Made by a program: the position numbers and the translations under genes
Assembly (NCBI GenBank): GCA_020348985.1
Contig: CP070761.1
Coordinates: forward strand, 1 to 56,348
Direction of reading: 5' to 3'
DNA length: 56,348 nucleotides
DNA from: Candidatus Thorarchaeota archaeon
Lineage (GTDB): Archaea; Asgardarchaeota; Thorarchaeia; Thorarchaeales; Thorarchaeaceae
Notes under the pieces: model-generated
The model's input: the letters and a program-made list of their open reading frames with translations, nothing else
The model's database searches: none
What the model was told of the DNA's origin: nothing
In this document: piece after piece, positions 56,290 through 56,348 of the stretch
How the letters are laid out: each line of letters begins with the position of its first letter
Position numbering within the stretch: the first letter of the stretch is position 1

Positions 56290-56348
56290 TGAGGTGGAAA
56301 CTTGGTGGTCTTGATAAAAGAATATCGGCCAGCTGGCGATCCACGATA

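Noticed and set aside
1-56348. CRISPR arrays, transposases, integrases at the tRNA genes, inteins in MCM/RFC/Cdc6, rRNA
   Set aside because: I saw no regularly spaced repeats, no mobile-element proteins and no duplicated tRNA 3' ends, and the proteins have normal lengths.

Overview
A 56-kb core-genome segment of an archaeon, most likely an Asgard archaeon such as Thorarchaeia. That assignment is inferred from gene content (MglA-type GTPase with a tandem roadblock protein and a DENN-like protein, heterotrimeric-type RPA14, a split HdrA cluster), not from a marker phylogeny. The window has about 58 CDS and four tRNAs, two with introns; I found no mobile elements or CRISPR arrays. Main blocks, left to right: (1) hdrC-hdrB-hdrA'-hdrA/mvhD plus an unusual double winged-helix/ferredoxin protein, next to an acyl-CoA dehydrogenase; (2) a METTL5-csl4-rpoL-RNase III-tfs-RPA14-PCNA-priS-GINS51 cluster; (3) cdc6 with three ORB boxes, and PolD DP1; (4) KEOPS, rps15, a Cdc45(GAN)-like protein and rps3ae; (5) pyrG-nurA-herA; (6) a three-gene tandem-roadblock, folliculin/DENN-like, MglA-GTPase operon, the best candidate for a novel system; (7) tRNA and RNA metabolism genes; (8) hel308, mcm, GINS23, rfcS/L, truA and a second cdc6. 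Other notable signals are a stand-alone TFS-like zinc ribbon lacking the catalytic DE, probable CTG start codons, and a G-A mismatch at the same position in both tRNA intron BHB motifs. All family assignments come from motif recognition by eye; no searches were run.
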